Assembly: GCA_043381765.1 (NCBI GenBank)
Contig: JBHJMP010000846.1
Span: 1-44,062 of the forward strand
Reading direction: 5' to 3'
Length of the DNA stretch: 44,062 nucleotides
Origin: Collodictyon triciliatum
Taxonomy: Eukaryota
Shown: positions 25,656 through 35,980 of the stretch, one piece after another
Layout of the letters: each line of letters opens with the position of its first letter
Position numbering within the stretch: the first letter of the stretch is position 1
Translations under genes and position numbers: made by a program
Notes under the pieces: generated by a model
Database searches by the model: none
Told to the model about the DNA's origin: nothing
The model's input: the letters and a program-made list of their open reading frames with translations, nothing else

Positions 25656-28600
25656 TGGTTGATAAATTCGTAATTGTTAGTTTCGAGTTTCTGCTTTTTT
25701 TTTAAAAAACAAACAAACAAACAAACAAACAAACAAACAAACAAACAAACAAACAAACAAACAAACAAACAAACAAACAAACCTTTTTAATTCAAAATAC
25801 GACCGACCGACATTTTCTAGGGAGGTAGCATAATCGGGATGATTTGAACCCAACGTCCGTCTGCGTATCTCCATCGTCTTTATATAAGCATCCAATGAAG
25901 AGCGGTAGCTAGATTGTCATAATATCAGACTTTATATACCCATATTTTCCTTATGTCAAATTAAAATTATCTTTTAATAAGCGGTTTTCTACTAATAGAT
26001 AAATTTTACTCTTGTTCGTCATGCATCATATCTCCAATTTTTTCATAAATTTCTACTACGCTCGGGTGATTTTCACCGAGGACATCAGTAAAGATTTTAA
26101 CTGATTGGTCTAGTTGGTTTAGAGCTTCCTTTTTTCTGTTTATTTCATAAATAATTTAATTATTTGATCTGCTCCTTTATTTAAGCTTTTCTTTTAAAAA
26201 AAATAACGTAAAGGTAAGTACTCAAAAGGAAACAAGAAAATGTACCAAAAACATACAAAAAATAATGAAAAGTTAATTAATTCAAAAATAAACCTTCCAC
26301 TGACGATGTAAACTTCTGCTATTAGTTTTAGAATTGAAGCAACAGATACATGATGAGGTCCGTATATTTTCGAGAGTACTTTGATAGCATTTTGAAAAAA
26401 ATCGACTGCTTTTTCAATGCTATTTTTTTTTAAAAATAAAATTGGGGAGTAAATTTTCTGCATACTCTTCGTCAGGAACATAAAGATAAATCAATCATTC
26501 CCTTTCATCTAGTAATTACAGTTAAATGAATGAAAAATATGAAAAAGAAAAATACATCCTTACCTCTTTTCCTCCAGGCAAACATTTCCCATATTCTGTA
26601 GAGATTTGGCTATCAATGGATGTTCTTCTCCAACTTTTTTATGTCTTATCTCCATGGATAAAGAATACTCTCGAACGGCATCCTCGATCCTGCAGTTAAA
26701 ATACTCTGAGGATGAGCAAGAACAATAGAGAACTTATTTTCTAAATATTTTCATCATTTAAACATAAAAAAAAAAAACCTTTTCTGAAGAAGAAATACAT
26801 CTCCAATATGGTCATGCAAGTGAGATAGGATAAGATCGTTTTCTCCAAACAAGGATGTGCACATATGGAAAGATTTTTCAAACTCAAGTAATGCCTCGTC
26901 ATATCTTTTGAAAATAAAATCATTTTGATTGTATACGAGATACCGAAATAATGTTATTTTAATCTATTTTAAACCGAATGATGCGTCAATACCTTGCTTC
27001 CATACGATAAATTATTCCCATTTCGGTGTATATAGACGATATTAATTCATCATTGTTGGAATCGGTACAATTGATTGCTGCAACAGCTTTTTGAAAATAT
27101 TTCTTTGCCTCCGTCCAACTATTCATATATAATAAATTTCCATTAATTTTATATATCAAACATAATAAGTTTCTAAANNNNNNNNNNNNNNNNNNNNNNN
27201 NNNNNNNNNNNNNNNNNNNNNNNNNNNNNNNNNNNNNNNNNNNNNNNNNNNNNNNNNNNNNNNNNNNNNNNNNNNNNNNNNNNNNNNNNNNNNNNNNNNN
27301 NNNNNNNNNNNNNNNNNNNNNNNNNNNNNNNNNNNNNNNNNNNNNNNNNNNNNNNNNNNNNNNNNNNNNNNNNNNNNNNNNNNNNNNNNNNNNNNNNNNN
27401 NNNNNNNNNNNNNNNNNNNNNNNNNNNNNNNNNNNNNNNNNNNNNNNNNNNNNNNNNNNNNNNNNNNNNNNNNNNNNNNNNNNNNNNNNNNNNNNNNNNN
27501 NNNNNNNNNNNNNNNNNNNNNNNNNNNNNNNNNNNNNNNNNNNNNNNNNNNNNNNNNNNNNNNNNNNNNNNNNNNNNNNNNNNNNNNNNNNNNNNNNNNN
27601 NNNNNNNNNNNNNNNNNNNNNNNNNNNNNNNNNNNNNNNNNNNNNNNNNNNNNNNNNNNNNNNNNNNNNNNNNNNNNNNNNNNNNNNNNNNNNNNNNNNN
27701 NNNNNTGTGTGTGTGTGAAGAAAGAGTGTTCGTTAGCCTACAGAACCTTTATCATCATGCTGTAGACATCTTTGCTGTTGGCGACCCCAGACGAATTAAT
27801 TGCTCTCCAACTGACAAAGAATTCGTAACGATATCGTCCACCAAGCATTATTGTAACCACCTACGATAGTTTAATTCCTCCATTTCTTAAATACCACGAT
27901 TCTCTCTGGCGATCAGAAATTAAGAAATATAGATAAAGTATTATGCACTTGTTTGAAAATAATACATGCTCATTTTTCAGATATTCAACAAGGATTTCGA
28001 GACAGTCTCCTTTCAGAAGTTGATAGCAAATTTCAGCAACTAGTTCTTCATCTGCAGTTACATCTTCGCAATATCGGCCATAAAGCCATATTGAGTAGTC
28101 TTTATGGGCCATTTTTAATGACTCTGGTTCTCTGAAGAAATAATCACTTGTACTTTCCATCAAAAGTTGATGAAAGAACATGTATCTGGAATGTGTTGAG
28201 TTTTAGAACATGAAATAAATAGAGGAAAGTAAAAACAGATTTCCTCAGATATTTCTATATAATATAATGCTAATCAAATTGTGCAATCGTACCTTCCATT
28301 TCGAACAAAAAGTGACTCTATGAGTGTATAGAAAAAGGACTTCCTGTAATTTGATATTTAAAAATTTAGAAACATTTCCTTCCCTTTAATTAAAAAAAAG
28401 GGGGAAAATTATTCAAGATATGAACACATATCCCTTTCTTTTCTATTTTTTTTAATATGACTGACCATTTGGATAATTCAAAAGATGTTCCAATGGAATC
28501 TCCAATGTACTTATCCAAATCTCCCTCTGTCAATCCAATGCGTGATATGTACAAAATCTTCATCGACATATCAACAATAGGAGAACCTATACCCAGTTTA

Positions 28601-30101
28601 TGTATATAGATTCATAATAATGGACGTTTGTTTTGGGAAGTCAGGTTTAGAGATACTGTGAGATAAACTCGATACGAAATATAAATTGCACCCTCTTCGT
28701 TATACTTTTGTTGCCAGCGTTTGATAATAAGTCTGTATAACCCTAGGACCCCATCCAAAGATAAGAGTTCGATCAGCTCAAAATCTAGCTTTTCGTATAC
28801 TCCGAATACTCTTATTTCGTCTAAAACGATTCTTAAATACAACGGATGGCCTATTTGGTACCAAGTTTAATAAAACCATAAAAATGATTATTTTACTTAT
28901 TCTGAAATGATTATAATACATCATTGTATGTATATGGAAAATTAGCAATACCTGTATTGCTTCGATGTTTAAGTATCATTTCCATTTGCACCTGGCTTAA
29001 AGTTTTGTCATATCTATGAAGGAATGATATTGTACTTTCCTCTATCTCGCTTGTTGTCAGTTTGGTCAGTGGAATTGTTTCAAGTCCACATTCAGTCGCA
29101 ATCTATGGTGCATTACATCAAATTTTATGTGTTTTCTTTTTAATAATGCTAAAATTTGAAATTTATGGTATAAAATACCTATCATTAAAATGAGTATTTA
29201 TAATAAAGACTGTGCATACTTTGCATGACGTATGAGACGAGACAGTGGAAACAATAAGAGAGACATTCTCTGGTGTCTTTTTGGGTAGCCAAGTCAATAA
29301 ATACGGTGCAGGGACATCCTGTGACTGATGTATTTGATTGATGGCATCAATCATGAAAATGAAGGATTCTGAACCACTATTGGATTATTTCATTCTTTAG
29401 GTATTAAAATCACGAATTCTAAAATGAGCAGTGATTCATGTAAAATTGTATGGGATTATCTGTCCTTTTTCTATTTTGTCCAACCTGTTATTTTCTTCTA
29501 TATACTTGAATAGTCCCAGTATTCCCTCTTCTTGAAAATCTTTGATGATTATTTGGTTTTTGCATACATCGATTAGTTACTGAAAATATGATGTAAAATT
29601 GATTCTCGTATATAATGTTCAGAGTATTACTCTTATCGTTCATATCCTTTAGATTGATTTCAGAAAGCTTTCCAATGGTAAATGACCAAAATCGAATTGA
29701 AATACTATAAAATTTTGACCATTTTAAGTGAAAAATGCATATAATTAATTGCAAGCGACCAAATTCAATACTTTCTAGAACAATCAAAGTATACCCTATA
29801 TCAATCAAATCATCGGTAGCAAGAATTTTTTTATGCTGATAGAAATATTTTGGCTCCTTTTGTTTATTTCATACAATTTAACTCTTACCTCTCAACATAA
29901 TTACTCATATTAGTGCATCCGACAAAGTGAAAGACCACATGTATTTTTGAGTTTTTCTGACTCGTCAATTCGTTGGCCAACGCCGCCATTAATGATGACT
30001 TTCCAATACCTGACTCAGCAGCTAGTACTGTGATACCACTATTTCTCTCATGCAGCTGATCTGTAGCCTAAATTTCAATAATAATTATTTTATTTTTTAA
30101 A

Positions 30102-30146
<45 letters not shown>

Positions 30147-30248
30147 AAACAACAACAAAAACAAAAACAAAAACAAAAACAACAACAAAAACAACAACAA
30201 CAACAACAACAAAAACAAAAACAAAAACAAAAACAAAAACAAAAACAA

Positions 30249-30320
<72 letters not shown>

Positions 30321-33236
30321 ACGAACAAACGAACAAACGAACAAACGAACAAACGAACAAACGAACAAACGAACAAATAAATAAACAAAAAACAAAAAAA
30401 AACAAAAAACAACAAATCATGATAATGAAAGCTTCCCTAAATCTAAAATATGCGATCATATTACCAATTCTCTTATCCTTTTTAACAGCTCCTTTCTACC
30501 ACCAAACCCTGCTAGCCTGTGCATCTTAAATTGGTAGTGCGCCTGATCTTCTGGTTCCCTTACCTGATATTCATTCAAGTTTGGGTGAACTTTTCTTCAG
30601 AAAAGCTAAAATGTTTGAGTAGAAGAAATATTGAACTTTGAACACGATTCGTATTTAGAGAAAAAAAAATGTGTAAAGGCTATGATAGGGGTTAATTCAT
30701 GCCTTTTGTTGGTGGAAATCTCTGTTCAGAGCGTATGTGAGATGTGCAGTGATGAAATCCGAGTATTGTCTAGGCCCTTGGTAGATAACATGGCCGAACT
30801 TTTTCTCGACCTTTGATTTTAATTCATTCTGCCTCTTTCTCTAGCAAATTAACGCATAAAATTTAAAATGCTTAGTTGATCATCATCGCATAAAAATAGG
30901 CGTTAAAATAATGATTTTTTCCTTTATTCGATTCAAAGAGGCGTTAAAATAATGATAATAATTACACCAATAAGAAAAGGACTACCAACATTCATCTTTC
31001 CCTTATTCGATACAAATAATAACGACAATCGTAATCACAATAATGTTAAATATAATAGGGACTCATATGACCTACCGCTTCCTCATTTTCAGCTTGATAC
31101 AGTCTCCTTTCCTCTTCATTTTTTGCATTAATTACGGCGTATTCTTCATCTCTAAAGTAAAAGAATACTCTGCTACAAGCGGGCTTATCGATTAAAGCAC
31201 CATACTGAATCTAAGAATATTTACTATGAGTATGTAACCATGCTTTTGTCTTTACGCAAATTCGATCTTTTATCCAATTAAAAGAAAACCTCATATTCTG
31301 TTACACTGAGCCCCGGCATAATGTTGATAAAAGGAAATCTTTTATTTGTTTCTGATCGCCACTCCACCCATATGTCTCTTATTGTTGCATCTGGCTTTAT
31401 CTTTTTTAATTCATCAAATCTATCCATTTTGCTGAGCTCTGTTTTGTTCTGGTCTGGTACCCATCCATAACGCGCTCCCAAGGAACAAACAAAGTATGGA
31501 CATTTGCCAATGGAATCCAGACAACGGATCACAACCTATAAAATGTTAACTGAAATGCAATATCATAAAACGCTACCTCCACTATCCTGCACAAAATTGA
31601 AAGGAAGAATAAAATAATAATCATAAAACGCTACCTCTGCAGAAAAAATACTCAATTTTCTCATAGATTAAAATTTACCCATCCTTCACTACTGTCTTCA
31701 GATGTTAGTCCCCATCTTAAGTCGATGAAGACTAAATCTATTCCCTTAGATTTGGCGTGCTTTTTTAATCTTATTAAATATATAGACGATTAGATGCAGG
31801 CATAATCACGTTTTAAGTAAAAATACAAAATAGCAACCAAGCGGTTCTAATCAAATACGCGCTGCATAGGGCTGTGTAATTCTGAAATATGTATTTGAAT
31901 TATTGCTCTCTTGTTTGGTATTCATATTTAGGCTCCATTTGAAAATAAAAGGATCGACATACTCAACCGCTCCATTTTGGAAAAAATAGTTTCTTTCATT
32001 TTGCATGTCTCTAAATGTGGATGAAAGAAAGACGCGCAGCACTCCCTGGTCAAATATCATGGAATCTATTGGAGTCGAGGTAACAAAGCGTTGAGGGGCA
32101 GGAACCCACTTCTTTAATGTCTTCCCTTTGTGCTCTCGTCTAATGGTTCTCATCTAGTATATCAAATTGATTGTTATTGTTATTATTTAAAAAAGAAAAG
32201 TTATTTGAGCATATGTACTTCTAATTCTAGAAAAAAAATTTCCCTCTGTATTTTTCATTATATTTAACCTTATCGATTAACAAGCATGTACGTATCAGAA
32301 TCACATCTCCCTTATCCTCCACGTCCAAGTCTTTTACATAAAAATGCATTCAAAATATAAAAATATCGGTTAATGATTCACAGTGCACAATCCCATTCCA
32401 TATATAATAAAATATTTCATCTGTTAAATCTGCAGTTTATATTAAATGAAGGAGCAATATACCGTCAAATGGAAATGGTGCATTAGCTTCTAGGTATATT
32501 TCTTTTGCTTTTTGATACTGATCCGACTAGGGGATATTGTACCAAAACTTAATTATTCACTCTATTATTTATCATACCACTTGTATTAAGCTATAAATGA
32601 TATGTAATATATTAGAGTAACAAACGTTTAAAAGTTGGCTTTCCCCGATACTTTTGGCGATGAGCATCCAAAGTATGTTCATGGTAATATCTTTTGTGAT
32701 TGTGTGGTTATCTTACGCCCAACCTCTCAATAATATGAATTAATTATGTTTAAATTCAGCATCAACATATATTTCTTTGAGAAAAAAACCTGGAAAGTTT
32801 TTGACGTCATGAAATCTTGAGCAATTAACCACGTCGTTCTCTATGGCCCAATCTCTTAGCAATTTTTGGTTCTCCTTTACAAGTTCTTCCTCGCTTATTG
32901 GTTGGTGTCTGTAATTGTTTCAAAACTTAAATCATGTTTTTTTTTATAACCCCAACAAGATTTTTGACATGAACCCTCCATCTATTGCTTATTTGATTAT
33001 TTTGGAAAACTCTGCGGTAAAGGTTATGTTTGTTGCATAAAAAGGAACGTATATGGCTCATGAATAAGTTACCCGAATAAACGGGAGTGATAATCTTTGA
33101 AAGTGTCCCCAGTTATAATTTCTATGAGAATAGCCAAGAAAAATCCATCCTCCATATCCTCATCAATGTTGTTGGCCCTTAAGTCAACTTTTTGAAGGTG
33201 ATAGTTTCCCCACTCAAGGAGTGCCTTTTCCATCAT
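21820..33236 (-). CDS. Multi-exon STAND/NLR-like protein: calponin-homology - DUF4062 - NACHT-like P-loop NTPase - TPR - pentapeptide - WD40 - Sel1-like repeats
   Basis: Start MMEKALLEWGNYHL...DMEDGFFLAILIEIITG with NILWMLI later (CH-like). LRVFLSSTFRDMQNER, FIDLRWG, LGARYGWVP and SVTEYE mark DUF4062. Walker A AESGIGKS at ~30000-30020; MIDAINQI (Walker B region); GHPLYLRIVLDE. TPR-like exons include LGSNHPDYATSLENVG. A phase-correct splice (AG|GTTTGT ... accag|T) joins into the 3.8-kb last exon. Gap 27178-27705 lies inside the gene. Confidence 0.8.
25706..25781. repeat. (AAAC)n microsatellite in intron
   Basis: Directly visible. Confidence 0.95.
27178..27705. other. Assembly gap (N run)
   Basis: N bases. 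Confidence 1.
30101..30415. repeat. Compound microsatellite (CAA)n/(CAAAAA)n/(ACGAACAA)n in intron
   Basis: Directly visible. Confidence 0.95.
30898..30956 (-). mobile_element. 23-bp insert with AATAAA and short A-tail flanked by a perfect 18-bp direct repeat
   Basis: aggcgttaaaataatgat occurs at 30898-30915 and 30939-30956. The insert on the minus strand is ctttgaatcgaataaaggaaaaa; similar sequence occurs at ~18830-18848 and ~30998-31017. Confidence 0.55.
31562..31637 (+). mobile_element. 40-bp retroposon tail (31580-31619) flanked by a perfect 18-bp TSD
   Basis: atcataaaacgctacctc occurs at 31562-31579 and 31620-31637; the insert is cactatcctgcacaaaattgaaaggaagaataaaataata. Confidence 0.75.
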
Positions 33237-34269
33237 TTTTGTTTTATTTCAAGTTAGAGAAAATACATTAAAGGAGAAGGAGAGGGCGGGGGATATGAAA
33301 TGGAAAAGGATAGAAAGAGGACAAGAAGGGAAAGAGAAAATCGTATTAAAAAAAGTGATACTGTTTATGAGCCAGACAAAAACTTTGTTTTTATCTCTTT
33401 TTTTTTTTTTTTTTTTTTTTTTTTGGATTACAACCAAGATAGCTTTCGAAGGTATCATTCAGTGACTATGGGACAAAGGCTGGGGCAAGAAAAATACCTT
33501 CTTTGACCTGGGGCTGCTGCCCGGAGCGTAGTCCATGGCAAACTTCGCCTTGTATGGCCCAAAACGTGTTGGGTGCTATCAGTGCCCCCTCTTTTCTTAA
33601 GAAAATAAAAAAAAAAAAAAAAAGGATAGGAGTATGAATAGAAAGAAGAAAAAGCTACGTACAACTTGTCAAGCCATCTGTCTGTATTAACTGCAAAATA
33701 TTCACCACCAGCACGCCTGAGCAATTTTTTCACGCCCACTTGTTCTTTTCTCGTGCAAGAATCGACAAGGGGCTATCGAAAAGAACTTGCTTGCCCATAC
33801 CTTGGCAGTGTATGAGCGAATAATTGCGGCATTTGACGTTTCTTATATACCTCCTCATGTACGCTATTCAATATGGTTCGCTGTTCAGATATCGACAACT
33901 TTTAGAGAATGTGGATATGTTCAAACCCAGCAGAGCGCACCCGAAAAAAATGAGTTCAGTCCGCCCAGGAGCTGGGGTGGGAGAGGGCATTACAATCATT
34001 TAAGAAAGGCATTTTAGGGGATTTAGGCACTGGCACGTTACAACATTAAGCCCACCCCGCTTACCAACAGGCACTGACGAATACATGGCCCCATATCCCA
34101 ATAATATAAAGGCACTGGTCCTTTTTGGCCTTCCTGATTCAGGAATACACGAGCGTCTTGGATATTCTTGTGAGCTTTGGAATGCCAAGGCGATGATACT
34201 TTTCCTTTCGTGGGATTGGCCATCGCATGGCCATTCCTTCTGGCGCAGAGTAACTATACTGGTCGGTTT

Positions 34270-34340
34270 TCTTGTTTCTCTTGTTTCTCTTGTTTCTCTT
34301 GTTTCTCTTGTTTCTCTTGTTTCTCTTGTTTCTCTTGTTT
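34270..34340. repeat. 9-bp tandem repeat (CTTGTTTCT)n
   Basis: Directly visible. Confidence 0.9.
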
Positions 34341-34529
34341 TATTATTGCATTCCTTCCTATTTCTTCGTGAACACGTATCCAGCAAATATTTAATTGACA
34401 AAGGGCACCATTAATAAATTTTGTATTGATATCAAATCAGAGTTCCTTTTTCAAATTCCTTAAGAAACTTGTCTATATACTGAATCTCACACTTCTAAAC
34501 TCTCTTTTCTGTTTGAAAAGCTAGGAAGT

Positions 34530-35654
34530 ATGAAAAGTGCTTCCAAAAAACCCTTGAGTCTCGATGAAGCACGGGTTGTAGTTATGCTCAACAGCATCCA
34601 AAACTTCCTCAAAAGCCAGCGACATTCGCTTTTGCGTCAACAACGTTCGTTCGGCTGGCTTTGGAAAAATTCTATGGTATCCCAAATCGTTAAGACAGAT
34701 GTACCAAAAACGAAGAGTTATACAGATGTCATTCATCTTCAGTTGCCCCGAGTATTGGATATGTCGAATGGCGCAGCATTCGATCGTGTCGTTGTTTACC
34801 GAGGACACCAATTGATATCACGAGACCCTTCATCCATAAACACGCCTTTGAAGGTTATCGGTCGGAGCGGAGACGGCTGTTTGGAATTCAACTACCCAGA
34901 CGGAATTGCAGTTCATCCAAAAACAGGACACATATATGTTGTTGACCATTACAACGACCGCGTGCAAATCCTGACTCCAGACCTTGAGTTTGTGGCAACT
35001 TATGGAAGAAATGGCTCTAATCCTGGCGAGTTCAAGAAGCCTTATGGCATCTCGATTTCGTGCGATGGGACGCGTATTGTTGTAGTGGATTCATTGCAAC
35101 ACCGAGCACAACTATTTGACGGTTCGTTCAATGTCATTTGCGTTATCGGCTCGCGAGGGAGACAACCAGGCAATTTTGGCCTTCCATTCAACGTGGACTT
35201 TGACCAAGATGGATTCTTTTACATCTCAGAATACAACAACATCAGAATACAAAAGTTTTCTAATGACGGAGACTTTGTAATGTCCACAGAAGCGAAGCCC
35301 ATCCCTTACAATGTTGCATATAGAGATGGTCTTTGTGTGAGCTCTGCAGGGCTTGTGTGCTCGTTGGGATGGAACTCAACCGACATCATGCTCTTTGACA
35401 GTGACTGCAACTACAAACGCTCGATTACTGTGAAGGCAACGTCTGCAAACGGATACAACTCCAACAAAATCATTCGCGGACCGAACGGAGGCTTTGTGGT
35501 TTCCTCCTATGCCCTCGGCGAAGTCCTGTTCTACACCGCGGACGGAACTTTGCTGCACACGCTTCAGCATTTGCACCCCAGTGGCATTGCGTTTGGACTT
35601 GACGAGCGCTTCTATGTTGCAAACTGGTCTGATATGACAGTTTCCGTATACTGA
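34530..35654 (+). CDS. NHL-repeat beta-propeller protein (may have additional upstream exons)
   Basis: FNYPDGIAV...IYVVDHYNDRVQIL, GSNPGEFKKPYGISI...VVDSLQHRAQLFD and GNFGLPFNVDFD are NHL repeats. An AG after a pyrimidine tract just upstream allows a 5' extension. Confidence 0.88.
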   Translation: MKSASKKPLSLDEARVVVMLNSIQNFLKSQRHSLLRQQRSFGWLWKNSMVSQIVKTDVPKTKSYTDVIHLQLPRVLDMSNGAAFDRVVVYRGHQLISRDPSSINTPLKVIGRSGDGCLEFNYPDGIAVHPKTGHIYVVDHYNDRVQILTPDLEFVATYGRNGSNPGEFKKPYGISISCDGTRIVVVDSLQHRAQLFDGSFNVICVIGSRGRQPGNFGLPFNVDFDQDGFFYISEYNNIRIQKFSNDGDFVMSTEAKPIPYNVAYRDGLCVSSAGLVCSLGWNSTDIMLFDSDCNYKRSITVKATSANGYNSNKIIRGPNGGFVVSSYALGEVLFYTADGTLLHTLQHLHPSGIAFGLDERFYVANWSDMTVSVY

Positions 35655-35695
35655 TGACTTTTTTCTCTCTTTATTTTCAGGGAAAGAGAACCATA

Positions 35696-35697
<2 letters not shown>

Positions 35698-35776
<79 letters not shown>
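35698..35776. repeat. (TAA)n microsatellite at the host/viral-element junction
   Basis: About 26 units, directly visible. Confidence 0.95.
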
Positions 35777-35818
35777 TGATATTATATTTATCTATATAGT
35801 TAGATAAATATAATATCA
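35777..35818. repeat. Perfect 18-bp inverted repeat (hairpin) at putative left terminus
   Basis: TGATATTATATTTATCTA - tatagt - TAGATAAATATAATATCA. Confidence 0.9.
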
Positions 35819-35900
35819 CTTTATTCCGTCGTTTAATTTTTAGACGCTTATATACCCCACCCACCTTCCTTTTATGGATAAATTCCAGATTTGGCAACAT

Positions 35901-35960
35901 CTTTGCGGAATCTTCTGGAATCTTCTGGAGCCTTCTAGAATATTGCGGAATATTCCAGAT
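35901..35960 (+). promoter_or_regulatory. Heat-shock-element-like array (six 10-bp nnTTCnnGAA units) upstream of integrase
   Basis: ctTTGcgGAA tcTTCtgGAA tcTTCtgGAG ccTTCtaGAA taTTGcgGAA taTTCcaGAT, ending 20 nt before the ATG. Confidence 0.55.
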
Positions 35961-35980
35961 TATATTTTATCCGATATGGT

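Noticed and set aside
30068-30459. Poly-C/L/V ORFs
   Set aside because: Translations of an intronic compound microsatellite.
34020-34414. ORFs 34085..34414 and 34000..34401
   Set aside because: Partly tandem-repeat derived; could be an upstream exon of the NHL gene but there is no domain evidence.
34530-35654. NHL gene as cargo of the viral element
   Set aside because: It lies left of the microsatellite/hairpin junction, and no terminal structure is seen further left.
35901-35960. CRISPR-like array
   Set aside because: 10-bp tandem units with no spacers, eukaryotic context, and no cas genes.
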